Source: Lama glama (Eukaryota). Taken from it: DNA of 64,000 nt. Under the pieces are notes generated by a model. It made no database searches, had not been told where the DNA came from, and saw only the letters and a program-made list of their open reading frames with translations. A program made the translations under genes and the position numbers. Below are positions 35,083 to 47,887 of this stretch, in pieces (within the stretch, counting starts at the first letter, position 1; every line of letters begins with the position of its first letter). The stretch covers positions 36,706,001-36,770,000 of the forward strand of contig CM052818.1 in NCBI GenBank assembly GCA_028534125.1, read 5' to 3'.

Positions 35083-35490
35083 TGTGTCGGTCAGTGAGGG
35101 CGCCCATGACAAAATACCACAGGCTGGTGGCCTGAGCAGCAGAAATGAATTTTCTCACAGTCCTGGAGGCTGGAAGTCCAAGGTCAAGTTGCAGCGGTTC
35201 TGCTTTCTCCTGAGGCCCCTGTCCTGGCTTGCAGATGGCAGCCTTCTTGCTGGGCCCTCACACAGTCTTTCCTCCGTGTCTGCACACATCCCTGGTGTGT
35301 CTCTGTGAGTCTAGAGTGCCTCTTTTTCTAAGGACGTCAGTTAGATTGGATTAAGGGCCACCTTTGTGACCTCACTTAACTTTAACTGCATCTTTAAAGG
35401 CCATATCTTCACATATAGTCACATTCTGAGGTCCTGGGGGTTAGGGCTCCGACATACCAGTTTTGGGGAGACACAGTTCAGTGTGGAACA
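35083..35490 (-). mobile_element. MaLR solo LTR (MLT1A/B-like) with 5-bp TSD
   Basis: acaaaataccacaggctggtggc...tctcacagtcctggaggctggaagtccaagg; TG...CA ends; TSD gtggc at 35078-35082 and 35491-35495. Confidence 0.92.
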
Positions 35491-36394
35491 GTGGCTAACA
35501 AATGCCAAAGAGATACTTTACCACGTCATGGGAGAATTAAGGAAAGCAGGGGACCACCCCTCCGTGGACACTTCATCCAATGGATGGATGTACCCAATGG
35601 CAAACTTGTGTGCCCTCAGAGGGAGTTCCTGAGCAGAAAGGTGAGTGTAATTCATACCCCAAAATATCTTATGGTCACTGGATTTCTATTTGTGTTGAAC
35701 AGAAGTCTTCACTGCAGATGGATGGACCAATCAGCGAAGATGACAATAATAATAGTAAGACCAGCTAACAACCAGCCAAACCAAGCAAAGCTACAAACAT
35801 TTTCATGTCAAAACAGGTTGACAAGCAGCCTGGCTGTTTCCTCCACACTCCACGCCTGGCCCTTGGCATAGAGTCTGGTGAGCAGTAGGCATCCAGAAAT
35901 ATTGATTGCATGAAATTAAAAAAAAAAAACACATTCACCGTGGAAGAGATCTGGGACAGAGGGGAGACGGCAGAAAAACGCAAGATGAGAGGGACAGTGA
36001 AAATCAGAGACACTGGGAGCAGAACGCCTGACAATAAGAGACTGTGCAAGTGAAGTAAGCACATTATGATTCCGTTTTCTGATACGATTATAAAAGGAAA
36101 CAGAAGAAGCAGGATACATAACTGCTTCCAAATGTCCAATCTGCATCTTCTCAAAAGTCAACCCAGGATTTTGCAAAGAACGTACCCCAAGGTTACACAA
36201 ACCATGAAGACTATAGACCAGCCGAAAACCTGGGGGTTTAAATAAAACCCACCCCACTAAACATAAAAATATTAAGTCGTTTTAAAAACAATTACTACAT
36301 GAAATAAAGAATAAACACCCTAGCTTACTACTCTCCTGCCAAGCTCACCATACACTACAATACAGTAAGTCCCCTCTTCTGTGTGGACGGGGTG

Positions 36395-36575
36395 GGAGAG
36401 GAGGTGGAGGGAGAGGCTGATGCATGAGGCTAGTCGGAAAGCTGCAGTCAAAGCTTAGAGGGCCTGGCCAGGAGGTTAAGGATTTTGTACTCTCTCCTCT
36501 GGCAAGGGGGAGCCAAAGGAGGTTTTAAAGAAAGAACGGCTGCATCAAATTTGTATTTTCAAAAGATGACTCACC
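36395..36575 (-). mobile_element. L2 fragment
   Basis: taaggattttgtactctctcc...gggagccaaaggaggttttaaag...atcaaatttgtattttcaaaagatgactc. Confidence 0.7.
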
Positions 36576-36687
36576 AGTTAAAAGCCCCTAATGAAAAGAG
36601 TAGCCATCAGCTGAAACAAATACGGAACAATTAGGCACTGAGCAGGACCTCCAGCGCACACATGTTCTCCTAACCTGCCGTCTTCGC

Positions 36688-36706
36688 TGGACACTAGATG
36701 GCAAGA
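36688..36706 (+). promoter_or_regulatory. Candidate CTCF motif
   Basis: tggacactagatggcaaga compared with core CCASYAGRKGGCR (one core mismatch). Confidence 0.4.
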
Positions 36707-37156
36707 GGCCTCTGGTCCCATGTTTAGGGCTCGCTGCCCTAGTTTCAAATGCTATAAAACCCCCTGCATCATAAATCTTCTCCCCAAATGCCGCTCTACA
36801 ACATCTTCCTTCTTAAAGAGTAAATGCAGGTCAAGTAAAGAGTGCTGGGTTTGCCCATTGTAAGAGCGCGCCTGAATATTCTTCGGCAAAGGAAAAAAAA
36901 CCCAAATACCAAATCCCTCTTATTTTATGATCTTGCTTTTTCTAAATATTCATATAAGCTGACCTTTTCAAGGCATCGCCTGGAACTGAAAACATGCTGG
37001 TAATAAATCGTGTTTCTCTGGCTTCAACGAAGCAGTGTCTTTGCTGTGAGTCACAAGTGTTTCTCATTCCTTGAGATGCCCAGAGAACCAGGCTGCCAGG
37101 ACCTGGCAGGGGCTCTGGTTCCAGAGGGAAAGGCCCACTCCACACTCTCAGCAAGG

Positions 37157-37209
37157 ATGTGTGTGTGCGTGTGTGTGCGTGTGTGCGCGTGTGCGCGCGC
37201 GCGCGCGCA
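37157..37209. repeat. Uninterrupted (TG)/(CG) tract ending in (GC)8, Z-DNA prone
   Basis: 53 bp of perfect purine-pyrimidine alternation; (GC)8 at 37193-37208. Confidence 0.9.
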
Positions 37210-37274
37210 AGTCACTCCCCCTGCATTTCCCATCTTCAAATCCTCCAAAGCACTTTCCTGGAAACCGTCAGTAG

Positions 37275-37700
37275 AGGGTAACCAGGGACCATGGGCACCT
37301 TCGGCAGCCTGGTGAAAAGCCTGTGGACTCCGTTTCAGAATAATACTTTTGAATACACAAAATAAAGAACGTAGGATGATAAAAGAAACCAGTTACATTT
37401 AAGTATAGTTACCAACATACCAAAAAAACAAAATGCTAACGTAATAAATGTCTTCTTTATTAGTGTATTAAATACTAAAGTCTAGTGGCATGTTTAAAAC
37501 TATCATAATTTCAAAGTAATGATGAATATAAATGATATTTTGAGACATGTGCAACAGGAGGAGAATATCTGTGATTCCCATAGGTGACAAAGTCACACAC
37601 TACTGTGGTTTGTCACCTACAATCATGAATTGAAGGGAGCGCCAGCTTTCACTGGGAAAACAGACATATGTTCCCCTATTCACACTCACAGACGTCCTGT
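37275..37700. mobile_element. MER119-like hAT-Charlie element
   Basis: ccttcggcagcctggtgaaaagcctgtggactccgtttcagaataat...aatttcaaagtaatgatgaatataaatgatattttgaga...ggtgacaaagtcaca. Confidence 0.75.
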
Positions 37701-37981
37701 GCTAGACCAAGTACGCAGAACAATTGGCCCACAAATGTGTCCTGCATGCTTTAAGCGGGGGACGCTACTTCCCAACCTGATGTAATCATAGAGCATCTCT
37801 TGACCTCTCTTGGGACGTGACTGCTTGCATGCCGTGGGACTGTTGTAACGATTTAATGGGAAGTTCCTTCCCTTAATTTTTAGTGTTAAGAAAGAAGCAA
37901 TCAATGCAAGAGATTAGGAACTGATGCACCCAAGGCCTGGACCTATACCCCCTGGAGATTTGGGCCTCTGGGACATGCTCC

Positions 37982-38027
37982 TGACGTCAAAATGGCGCTT
38001 ATCAGGTTCTGGTGGGAAAATGGCGCC
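37982..38027 (+). promoter_or_regulatory. CRE overlapping a YY1 motif, plus a second YY1 motif
   Basis: TGACGTCA (37982-37989), CAAAATGGCG (37988-37997), AAAATGGCGCC (38017-38027). Confidence 0.45.
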
Positions 38028-38124
38028 ATATGCTTTGCCCACCATGAGGGATGGTTCAAACCAGAGAGACTGAAACTTGAAAACAATATTGTTATTCTGC
38101 AGTTTCAGGTGAGGCTGGTGGGGC

Positions 38125-38325
38125 AGGAATCCGGCTTCCACTGTCACTAGCTGTGGGACTTTCAGATTGTGTTTCTTTTCTGTGCCCCAGTTTCCTTACT
38201 GGTAAACAAGCATCTTTTCTTCACAAAGCTTTGTAAAGATGAGATGAGACAACACTACACATCGATGTTGAGAGCAGAGCCTGGCACACAGGAGGCACTC
38301 AGTGACCACTGGCCACTTTATTAAT
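38125..38325 (+). mobile_element. MIR SINE
   Basis: gaatccggcttccactgtcactagctgtgggactttc...tctgtgccccagtttcctt...gcctggcacacaggaggcactcagt. Confidence 0.8.
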
Positions 38326-38635
38326 TACAGCCCTGTCTCAGGCCATGACGATGCCTTGGTTCCTACATCAGATGCTTCCTCCCTCATCCTCCGGCTGTTT
38401 GAAATAAAGCAAAAGCCTGGAATAGAGGGTGGATTCTTTTCCCAAAGTTCCCATATGGCAGGGAGGAAACTTTTATTTTCAATAGGATTTCCAAATAATC
38501 TCAATATGGGAGATGCAGCACAAGCAAACAAAATCCTGAAGCTTCAGAGAAATTCTGCCTCTCGGCCCTGTGCCGGCCACTGATGCATTTTCCTGTCATC
38601 TCATACAACACAGGTAGTTCAGGGGACAAAAGACC

Positions 38636-38648
38636 CCGCCAGATGGCA
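38636..38648 (+). promoter_or_regulatory. Candidate CTCF motif
   Basis: CCGCCAGATGGCA is a close match to the CTCF core. Confidence 0.45.
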
Positions 38649-39524
38649 TGAGGACTAAGCCACGGCTGGGGCAGGGTAATGTTTTCCAGGCCATTTCCTG
38701 AGACACCAGGTCGTCACATCAGTAAGAAAACGTCGCAGGCATAGATAAGAGACATTTTAAAAAATTTCCTTTTCTTTCTTTCTTTCTTTCTTTTTGAAAC
38801 ACACACTCCTATAAAAGGAGACAACACAGTTCTTGATCTTTAGACGTTTACAGTCTCTCAGGGGAGAGAAACCCAGACATGGAAAAGACATAAAAACGCA
38901 CAAAAAACCACAGTCCCAGTGTAAATGTGCAGCTACACGGAAGTGCCACTCTAGCGCTCTGCGGTGGGGGAATCCACATTCTGAGTCTCCCCACTTGGTC
39001 TCATAAAATTCTACCCACCTGCAGACGAAAAGAACACCCCAGAAGGAAGTCAGTAAGTATCTCAGGCTTCAGGGATGTAGTTCCCTTTATCCTGTGGCCT
39101 TTCTAAAGATGTTTCTGTCATTTTTACAGTTAACACTATTAACATGAATGGATGACTGCACGTCAGCAAGTAGGAGCGTGGTTCCTTTCAACAAGGGCCG
39201 TGGTTATACTTACCCTGTCCCAACTTGGGAGTAGAAATATTGAGGGTACAAAGGGGAGGCCCTCCAGGTGACATTCCCAGAACTATTGTGAACCTCAGAG
39301 CCCAGAGAGGGGCCATCAGGCTGCCCCAGGGAGAAGGGGTGGCGTGCAGGTGGATGAGGACTTGCGAGGCCCACGCAGGATCGCCCCGTTCCCTGGGACA
39401 CAGGTGCAGCCCCTGTGGGGAGAGTTGTGCAGACTGAAGTAAATGTTTGCTAAGGGAATGAAAACAGAGAGGCGGGGCCCCCCAAACAGAGCTAGAAACG
39501 TCTTCAGGGACAGCCAGGACAAGA

Positions 39525-39730
39525 AAAATGGTAAGAAATCATGTTTACTGAAGACTGTCCCAGGCAGAGCTTGAAGCCTTCACATGTGTTAACCCAGTGA
39601 GCTTTATGCGAGTGAGCACTGGAACTCTCCCCGTAATGAGATGGGGAAACCGAGGCTCAGAGAGGTCAAGCCATTTGCCTAAACTCACACAGCGAAGTGG
39701 CTGTGGAGCCAGGAGTCTTCTGCCTTCAAA
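39525..39730 (-). mobile_element. MIR SINE
   Basis: agatggggaaaccgaggctcagagaggtcaagccatttgcctaaactcacacag. Confidence 0.85.
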
Positions 39731-39732
39731 GA

Positions 39733-40058
39733 TGAAACTTGAAAAAATGTACTTGGTTTAAGCCAAGTGACAGAATCCAGTCACAAAATACCACCTATTA
39801 TAGGACTCCATTCATTTGATACGCCCAGAATAAGGAAATCTATAGAGACAGAAAGTAGATTCGTGGTTGCCAGGGGCTGGGGGAAGAGGGGAACAGGGAC
39901 TGCTAATGGGTGTGGGTTTCTTTTTGAGGTGATGGAAATATTGACTGTGGTGACGGCTGCACGTATCTGTGACTATATTAAAAAACACTGAATTGTACAC
40001 CTGCAATGGGTGACCTGTGTGGGATGTGAGTTCTCTCCCAATAAAGCTGTTATTTTTA
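39733..40058 (+). mobile_element. L1MB-like 3' end
   Basis: aaatctatagagacagaaagtagattcgtggttgccaggggctggggg...aaaaacactgaattgtacac...caataaagctgtta. Confidence 0.9.
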
Positions 40059-40966
40059 TTTATTTATTCATTCATTTATTTTTACTTAGTTCAAATTCAT
40101 TTCTTGGGAAGCAAACCAGGGAATACACAATTCTGCTTTCACTGGGGGTCAGTTGTGTTTCAAAGGGAAATGGATCCAGATGAAAAAAATGAGAGGAATG
40201 CCTATTTTCTTGAGAGTCTCCTGCTGTCAGAACTGCTACCTGACCCTGGCCCCCGGGCACGTGGGGAGCCCCTCCTGTTCTGCAGAGAAGGGTCTGGCTA
40301 CACAGGGACCCCGGTCTCCGCTCTGTCCCCACAGCACAGCCACCGGGCAGCACTGTTAGGTTATTAAATATTCATTAAGAAGACGTAAGACCTGCCTGCC
40401 GAAATCTAAGCTACGGAAAAACAACCCTGACCCTTCACATGATCCTGCGGCGGGGGCAGCCTGGCCGGCGCGACCCAGGAAGTCTTGGGAGAGGCGCGCG
40501 GTCTCACTGAGAGGCTGGATGAAAGCCCGAGGACAAGGCCGGCGCTTGATTCCTGATTAACTTGCTCATGTTCTCCCCACTTGTGTCCTGAATTGCAGAA
40601 TTGTTTTCCCTGCTATTTGTCACACTGAGGACATGAGCCTTTTAATTGGCGAGCAAGCAGACATGCCGCTTGAGATGTCAAAAGACTGTCTTTGTTGAGA
40701 AGTGGCTCCGTTAAGCAGAGGCCCTGCAAGTCGAGGGCTGTGTCTCTGAGTCAGCTGGCCAGCCTGGCCTGAGCGCAGAACTGAGCCAGCCAAAGGAACA
40801 GGGGATTTAGTTTATGCAGGACCTTGTAGGACAGCCCCTGGAGGCTGAATTCTGCATGACATTTGACACTGGAGTTCCAGAAGGCTTGGCCCTCCCTGCC
40901 TCCCATCCAATACCCAAACAGTGCTTTCCATGGCACCAGGGGCATGGGCTCATCTGAGGGGTTCAA

Positions 40967-41413
40967 TATGGTGCCTTAGGTTAATGGCCCCAACTAATGG
41001 CCTCCCCTATCTACACCCTTTGTCCTGGAACTTTGTAGTACCCTTTCCACCATAACCCTGAGCACGACCATGTAACTTGGTTTAGAAAAGTAAATGTGCA
41101 TCTCCGCTTCCTCTCTCACTTCTCAGGAACTGCTATGAGAACATGCTGGCTGGGTTTGCTGGAGGATGAGACCAGCCCACCCAGCCAGAGATCTGTCAGC
41201 TGAAACCAATCCTGAGAGATGCCAGCCAAAACAACAGAGCCACCTAAATGGCCCACAGCTGACCACAGAGGCACAAATGAACCCATCTAAGACCAGAAGA
41301 ACTAGTCATCCTACAGACTAGATGAGCAACATTAGATGTTTATTGTCTTAAGCCACTGAGTTTTCTGGTGGCTTAGTTGCATAGCACTGTGGGGTTCATA
41401 GGTAACTGATTCA
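40967..41413 (+). mobile_element. MaLR solo LTR (MLT1G/H-like)
   Basis: aatggccccaac...ctgctatgagaacatgc...ttattgtcttaagccactgagttt...ataggtaactgattca. Confidence 0.8.
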
Positions 41414-41619
41414 CCCAGCCAGTACAGGACAGATGGAGATAATCCATGGTGGTTGGATGTCATTAATCACAGCCCACTCCCCACATTCAGAGTCTAGCTT
41501 TAGAGCCCCCCACCCCTTGAGCCATAAAGACACATAGATCAGTTGGAGATGTGCTGAGAATACATGTCACGGGGGACCAGCCAGGCCAGGCATGAGCTCA
41601 TGGAGAGGCAGTCAAATTT

Positions 41620-42410
41620 ACAGAGCTTAGTCTCTGGAGCCAGACAGTCTGGCTTCAAATCCTGGTTGTACCACCTCCTGTGTCATCTTTGAGAAGTTAA
41701 TGTACGAAACCATAGATTGGCTCAATGGACATCCATTCAACCTTCCTCCTGATGTGCCTTTAGGAAAGCTAAAATGGCATGTTCCCTGGTACCTCCAGGG
41801 ACCCAGATGTGTTTTAGGTTCTACAAAGCAGATGGGCTTGTATATGATCTGAGAGGCCACGGAAATGAGGTGGGAGCCATACGGCTTTAGATTCTACTCT
41901 CCTCCTGCCAGGCAGAGGCTAGGAGACCAGACGCTGGCTTTGTGGGTGTGTTGGAAGGCAGAATATCCACTCGGAAGCCAACAGTCATGGTGACCCATCC
42001 TGGTCCCTGGATGGCAGCGAAGGTGGGTGTCCTGAGGCTGGTATTTCCCATAGTGGGGTCCTGATTCCCAACCTTCCCACCTGCGGAAGCAGCAGTCCTG
42101 ATGGTGCATTCTGCAGTGCATGTTGGGAATCATTCCTGGAGGCTGAACCTAGATCCTGCCTTTCTAATGATTTTGGAAACTCCCAGTTCTCTCTGGTAAT
42201 CTCTGTTTAAATAGCCAGAGAGGTTTCTGTTTTCTGGCTTATGAACTGTAATAGAGGCATTTAATCTCTCTGGGCTTCAGTTTCCTCATCTCTAAAGGGA
42301 TATTGATATTTAATGCCTCAAAGGGTTGTCACAAGGATTTGATTAGGTAAGTCATAGTAGGCAATTAGAACAGTGCCTGGCATATGGAAAGCATTTAAAA
42401 TCTTATTATC
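41620..42410 (+). mobile_element. MIR split by an LTR insertion
   Basis: 5' half ctctggagccagacagtctggcttcaaatcctgg...gagaagtt (to about 41700); 3' half atttaatctctctgggcttcagtttcctcatct (from about 42256). Confidence 0.8.
41701..42255 (+). mobile_element. ERVL-class solo LTR (family unresolved) inside MIR
   Basis: Starts tgta; internal ggaaagctaaaatggcatgttccc; LTR-like 3' end gtttaaatagccagagaggtttctgttttctg; interrupts the MIR core. Confidence 0.65.
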
Positions 42411-42688
42411 AGTAGATTTCTAGAAACTTGCTGGAGCACCCAGCATTGACATATTATTGGGTCTACGAGATGTCCAGTTACATTCTGATTTGGGGACATT
42501 TTTCTAGCCTTCATGCATGTCTTGTGGATCTTCCAAGGATGAGGAAGCTCTTAGTATACTGATTGGGTTTGGATATTTTCAGTCTTGGGCATCATATACT
42601 TTCACCTGGCGTGGGCCACTTCTCTGCATGAGTTACCTTGTCAGTCATACAGAGTGAAATTACAGGCATCTCGAGCCTCTGGTTTTAT

Positions 42689-42972
42689 CCAGCTCCATAA
42701 ACCCTTATCCCAAGTCCTTGGGACCAGATCTACTTTGGAGTTTAGAATACAAATGCCATATATCATGATTCTCCCAGGAGGTTTTAGAACAGCACCCCAG
42801 CATCAGACATATTAATATTTCTATAGCAAAAGTTATGAATATTTACATTTACTGGGATAAATAAGGACTCTAAGTGGCCTTATGTCAGTTTAAGTCAGGT
42901 TCTTCTGTCAAATGATTTCTTACTTCCAGAGCTTTGCCTATTTCAGATATTTGGAGAAGGGAGATGGGTCTT
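42689..42972. mobile_element. MER46C-like TcMar-Tigger MITE
   Basis: cccttatcccaagtccttgggaccagat...acagcacccc...attaatatttct...tgggataaataaggact...atgtcagtttaagtcaggtt. Confidence 0.75.
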
Positions 42973-44859
42973 TGTGTAGGGAATACTTACATGACAATGG
43001 CCCAAGTGCCAAGACTGAGGGGAGCACGTTGGGTCACGGAGGGTCGGCTGGGTCCAAGCCTTGGCAGTCATCAGTGTTCGGGAGACAAGGCAGGCTGATG
43101 TGTGACTGGTGACTTTTCATATTCACAAGGACACCTGACCGAGTGCAGCAAATGCAGGCACCTCCCAAGCAATGACCCCAGCAAAGCTATCTTCTCCCTT
43201 CAAACATTTAAAAGAATGGGAGGACAAGACGCCAAAGGAAGACACGTCTGGGGAGGCAGAGGGCAGTGTCGTCACTTTGGGAAGAAGATGACGAGTGTAG
43301 CAGAGCACAGGAGGAAGCTGCATGCTTTGAACCAGCAGTCTTCGGGGTTCAGAAACCACTTTGGTGGCAGGAGTTTAATTCTGAGGTTTCTTTTACCTGC
43401 TGCCCTGGGCCTCCCCCCAGAGCAGTCTCAGAACCACGGCTCCCCCCTCGCTGTGCCCCTTGCAGAGCCTGCACCATGAGTGCTGGTGCCCAGGACATCT
43501 TTGTCAGCACCACTGAAGGGCAAGGTCTTCTTCTACCCACCTGCCTCCCTCCCTACAGGACTGATGTCACAGGACAGTCAGGGAGGGCCGTTCTAACTCT
43601 GGGATTCTGGGCACAAACCTGTGAGAGAGGAGAACGAATTTATGAAGCAGGAAAGCAAGGTCGATTTTGTCACCTAAGATACAAGCAGAGCCCAGGGCTG
43701 GGGAGACTGGAGCAAGGGAATTTAAAGGGAACGAGGCGGCCAAGAATTCCTAGCTGTGGTGTCGTTTACACACAGGTTCAAAGGGCTGCTGGACCAAAGG
43801 AGAAGGGTCAGGAAGAGAGGAAGACAGTGACTGCATGGTGGTGAACGCCAGCAGAAAGGTCTACGTTTGGTCCACAGGGCAGTGCAGCATCCACTCCAGC
43901 GCAGGCCCACGATGGCAAAGGTGGGTCGGGGTGCGGCCGTGTTCAATGAAGTCAAACACGAATGCCTCAAGCTGACTTCAGACGCTGAAACACTTGTCTG
44001 AACCTGTATCAGCCTTTAAAATCCTTCTGCATTTATTCCTCTCTGATCTAAAATGACAAGATTTAAAGGATGAAAGCTGCTTGACCTGGAAGCAAAGGTG
44101 TTTTTCTGCATTAGGTAAACCTGTCAAAGAGAGGTTCCTTTGAAAAGTGCAGTAAATCTAGGCTGGAATCAAGGACGGCGGCGCATTGTTTACATATTTC
44201 AGCAGCGCAAAACCATCTGTGTTGTGTGATTCCCTTCCTTCCTTCCCTCCTCCTTCAGAAATATATCCCTCTACTTCAAATCAGTTTGCAAAGATGCAGT
44301 TTTAAAAAAGATACAAGTAAAATAATGTCAGGCGATCAGGATAAATATAGGAGAAATAAGATAAAACCAGAGAGAATGCCAGAGTGAGTGCTCAGTAACA
44401 CCCGTGAGTTTCACAGGGTTTTTTTCTTAGCACATCCCTCAATATAGGACCATGATGAGTCACTAAAGTGTTGTTCATCTAAAGCAATTCCATGGAAGTC
44501 ACTATGGTCTAGATTGCTATATGGTACCTAAGTGTCCAGCATGACCCAGGAAGAACTTTAGAGCATTCATTCCCCAAAGGACCAGATGCACTGGCCATCC
44601 CCCAGACCCGCTCCGTAAGTACTGGTGCCCTTAGCAAAGCTGTTGGTGTGGTTTGGGTTGCTGAGAGTCTGTTATGATGTCCGTCACAGTCTGACTGAAT
44701 GGACCGCAGCCACTCCATGCTGAGGTTCAGCGGTCACTCGTGAGCTTTTGCCCTATGGGGTTGGGATGACCTAGACAATGTCAGGACATGACAGGGACAC
44801 ACAGTGCTTTTATCCAGAGGAGGGTCAAGGTGATCTTCATGAATCTCAGGTCTGACAGA

Positions 44860-47680
44860 TTCATGAACAGAAAACTGGCAAGTAGACCCAAGTCCATTTG
44901 AAAATTTGATATATGATAAAAGTGGCATCTCAATACTTTGGGGGAAAGATGAATGGTCTTTGGGAAAAAACTAAATTTGAATCCATATCTCATACCATTC
45001 ACTGGAATAAACTCTAAATGGATAAAGTGATCAAAATGGATAATGAAATTAAACAGGAACTAGAAGAAGACATGGGTGAATTCCTTGATAACCTGGGAGA
45101 GGAGAAGGCTTTTCTAATTTATGACTTAAAATCCAGAAGTAATGCAAGATTGATAAATTTGTCTACATCAAAATAAGACAAATTCATGGTGAAATACATT
45201 AAGTAGAGTCAAGATGAACGGCAAAACTGAGAAAGGAAAACATCTGCAACCTATATCAGAGACAAAGGTCTTATATCTCTAATATTAGAAAAAGCCCTGA
45301 AAACAGAAGAAAAAGGCCCAATGCATAACAGAAAAACAAAGGATGTATTCAGTTCACAGAGAGAGAAAGGGAAATGGCCCTTAGATCTATGAAAAAATGC
45401 TCAACCTTACTCAATAAGATAAATACAAATGAAAACTAAACTGGAATACCATCTCTTACTCATCATATTGGCAAAAACCCAACAGTGTGACAAGCATTTT
45501 GTGGTTCAGGCTGTGGAGACCGAGGCATTCTCACATATCACTGGGGGAATGCAAAAATGGTCCAGCCCCCAGAGAGGAGAATCTAGGCATACCTGATGAA
45601 ATTGTGTATGTTTTAATCTTTTGACCCATTAATCAATCCCACTTGAAGATACACCTTCTCACGTATGAGAAAGCACATGCTAGAGATTACTTATTACGGC
45701 ATTGTTGGTAAAAAAAAAAAAAAAAGGATGAGAAACAACCCAACAGCCCATGGATAGGGACTGGCTGAGTCCACTGAGATACAAGGAGCATCACACCTGA
45801 GGGAGGAGGAGGACAGCCCTGCTGGACTGATATGGGAGTTCTTCAAGGCTACCGTGAAAAGCGGACAAAGCAAGGCGAAGAAGAGCACAGACGCTATGCT
45901 GGTGGTGTCTAAGAAAGAAGGGGAAATGAGGGTGAATACAAAAAAGATAAACCCAATGCTAACAAAATGGTTACCAATGGCGGGGACGTGATGGAAAAGA
46001 CAGGTATGGAATCAACGTTTCTTATTACTTCTTACTGTATAGTTTTGAACATTAAACCATGTAAACACTTAACATTTTCCAAAAAAATTAGTTTAAGAAG
46101 GATTAATTTAATTCAAACCTTATAATCCAAAACAAATCTCAACAAATGAAGCTGTTTATCAAACGGATAACATAATCACACAAAGAATGACTTTCGAACA
46201 CAGTTCTTTCATAATAGGATATACTCTAAGGTAGAAAGAAGTGCAAAGAGAAACTTAACTCAGCAGTTTTACTCTTAGTAATAATATGGGTCTTGTAAGT
46301 GGAAAGCTATTTTATGTGTGTATGTGTATTATATACAAAGAGGTAAATATGTTAATATATAAGATTCAAAATTTTAGCTTGAAGAGATACAAACATAAAC
46401 AAAACCAAGAAGAAAAAAGTCTTGAGTATTTCATTTGAATTGGAAATATGAATTTGAACATATAATTTGTTAAACAAATGTATTTCCCAGCTCTATCCAC
46501 TAAATGGTCTTAGAATGAGCATTCCTAGTGCCTAGATGTTGGTCTTAAATTCCAAACTAAAAAGAACCAGGGTTCCTCAGGAAAATGGCTGATTCTAGGT
46601 CTGGAACAGTGAAAACACGAAGTCTGTCTGGGACATATTGTGCCTAAAAGCAAGGAGGAGCTGATTTCAGCCAATAAATATAGAAAGAAAGGCAAAATTA
46701 GAAAATTATTGTTCTACATCTGAGATAACTAGCTTGGGTAAGGGTCCTCAAGGGATGCAGAAGTCAGTAGGTAAAAAGTTATTGCAAAAAGCATATTTGC
46801 CCAGGGCCAAAAATCACCCCATAGATTACTTGCAATTACAGAGGGAAAAGCCTATGTTTGCAATGGTGTGATGTGACCACCACCTTTAACCCAGTGATTA
46901 AACTTAACTTCACCGATAGGGGACACCTGACATTATGTGCCTCTGGGTATGAGGTCATGTAAAGGACACAGCATCATCTATGGTGTATTCCTGACAAAAG
47001 CACATATAACCTGAATCCAATCAAGCCTCAAAACCCAACTTCCAATCTACAGGAAATACAGGAGATAGAGGAACAGGTCAGACACCATCACGAGGAAATA
47101 ACTGAGCAAAATTAGGATGTGGGATATCCCGCAATGCAACTGGCCTGGTCTCTTCAAAAAGTCAATGTCCTGAAAAGAGAAAAAAGGTGTGGGTTTGTTT
47201 CAGAATAAGAGACTAGAGAGACATTAACTAAATGTTATGTATGAATGGATTTTTTTAAAAAAGCTATATAAAAAATGTATTTTCTGGCCACTGGGGAAAT
47301 ATGAAGGTATACCAACCAAATGTCAGATGATAGTGGGGAATTATTATTAATTTTCTTAGCTGTGATAATGGCAATGTGGTAATGTAGGAGACTGACCCTA
47401 TAGTTAGGACACATGCTAACGTATTTAGGGATGAAGGGTCATGATGTCTGAAACTTTTTACATGATTCCACAAAAAAACCCACCTCTGTATCTATTTATC
47501 TAGATCAGTCAACCAATCTACAGACAGATATGCACACACATATAAATTAAGCAAATACGGCAGAATATTAGCAATGATTGAATCTAGGTGGTGTGTACAC
47601 AGAAATTCATTGTACTAGTCTTTTAACTTTTCTCTATGTTTAAATTTTTCAGAGTAAAAATTGGGGAAAGGAAAAAGAAT
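44860..47680 (+). mobile_element. Old L1 (L1MC-like): ORF2 C-terminal remnant plus long 3' UTR
   Basis: tagacccaagtccatttgaaaatttgatatatgataaaagtggcatctcaa...aaaagaaccagggttcctcaggaaaatggctgattctagg...gaatctaggtggtgtgtacacagaaattcattgtacta; A-rich, ORF disrupted. Confidence 0.85.
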
Positions 47681-47887
47681 ATTAGATTGATTCTAACCTA
47701 AAGTGGCATCAGATTCAGCATGGTGGTAACAATTTTAGTTTGAAATAACTATAGAGCATAGATAACTAAATGTCCATCTTGACCAGGAAAAGTGATTTAT
47801 AAGGCACCCACAAAATATTTAACTTTGAGCAAGATAACTTCCTGATGAAAACCCCATGATATACTGGTTTGTAAAACATATCCTGAT

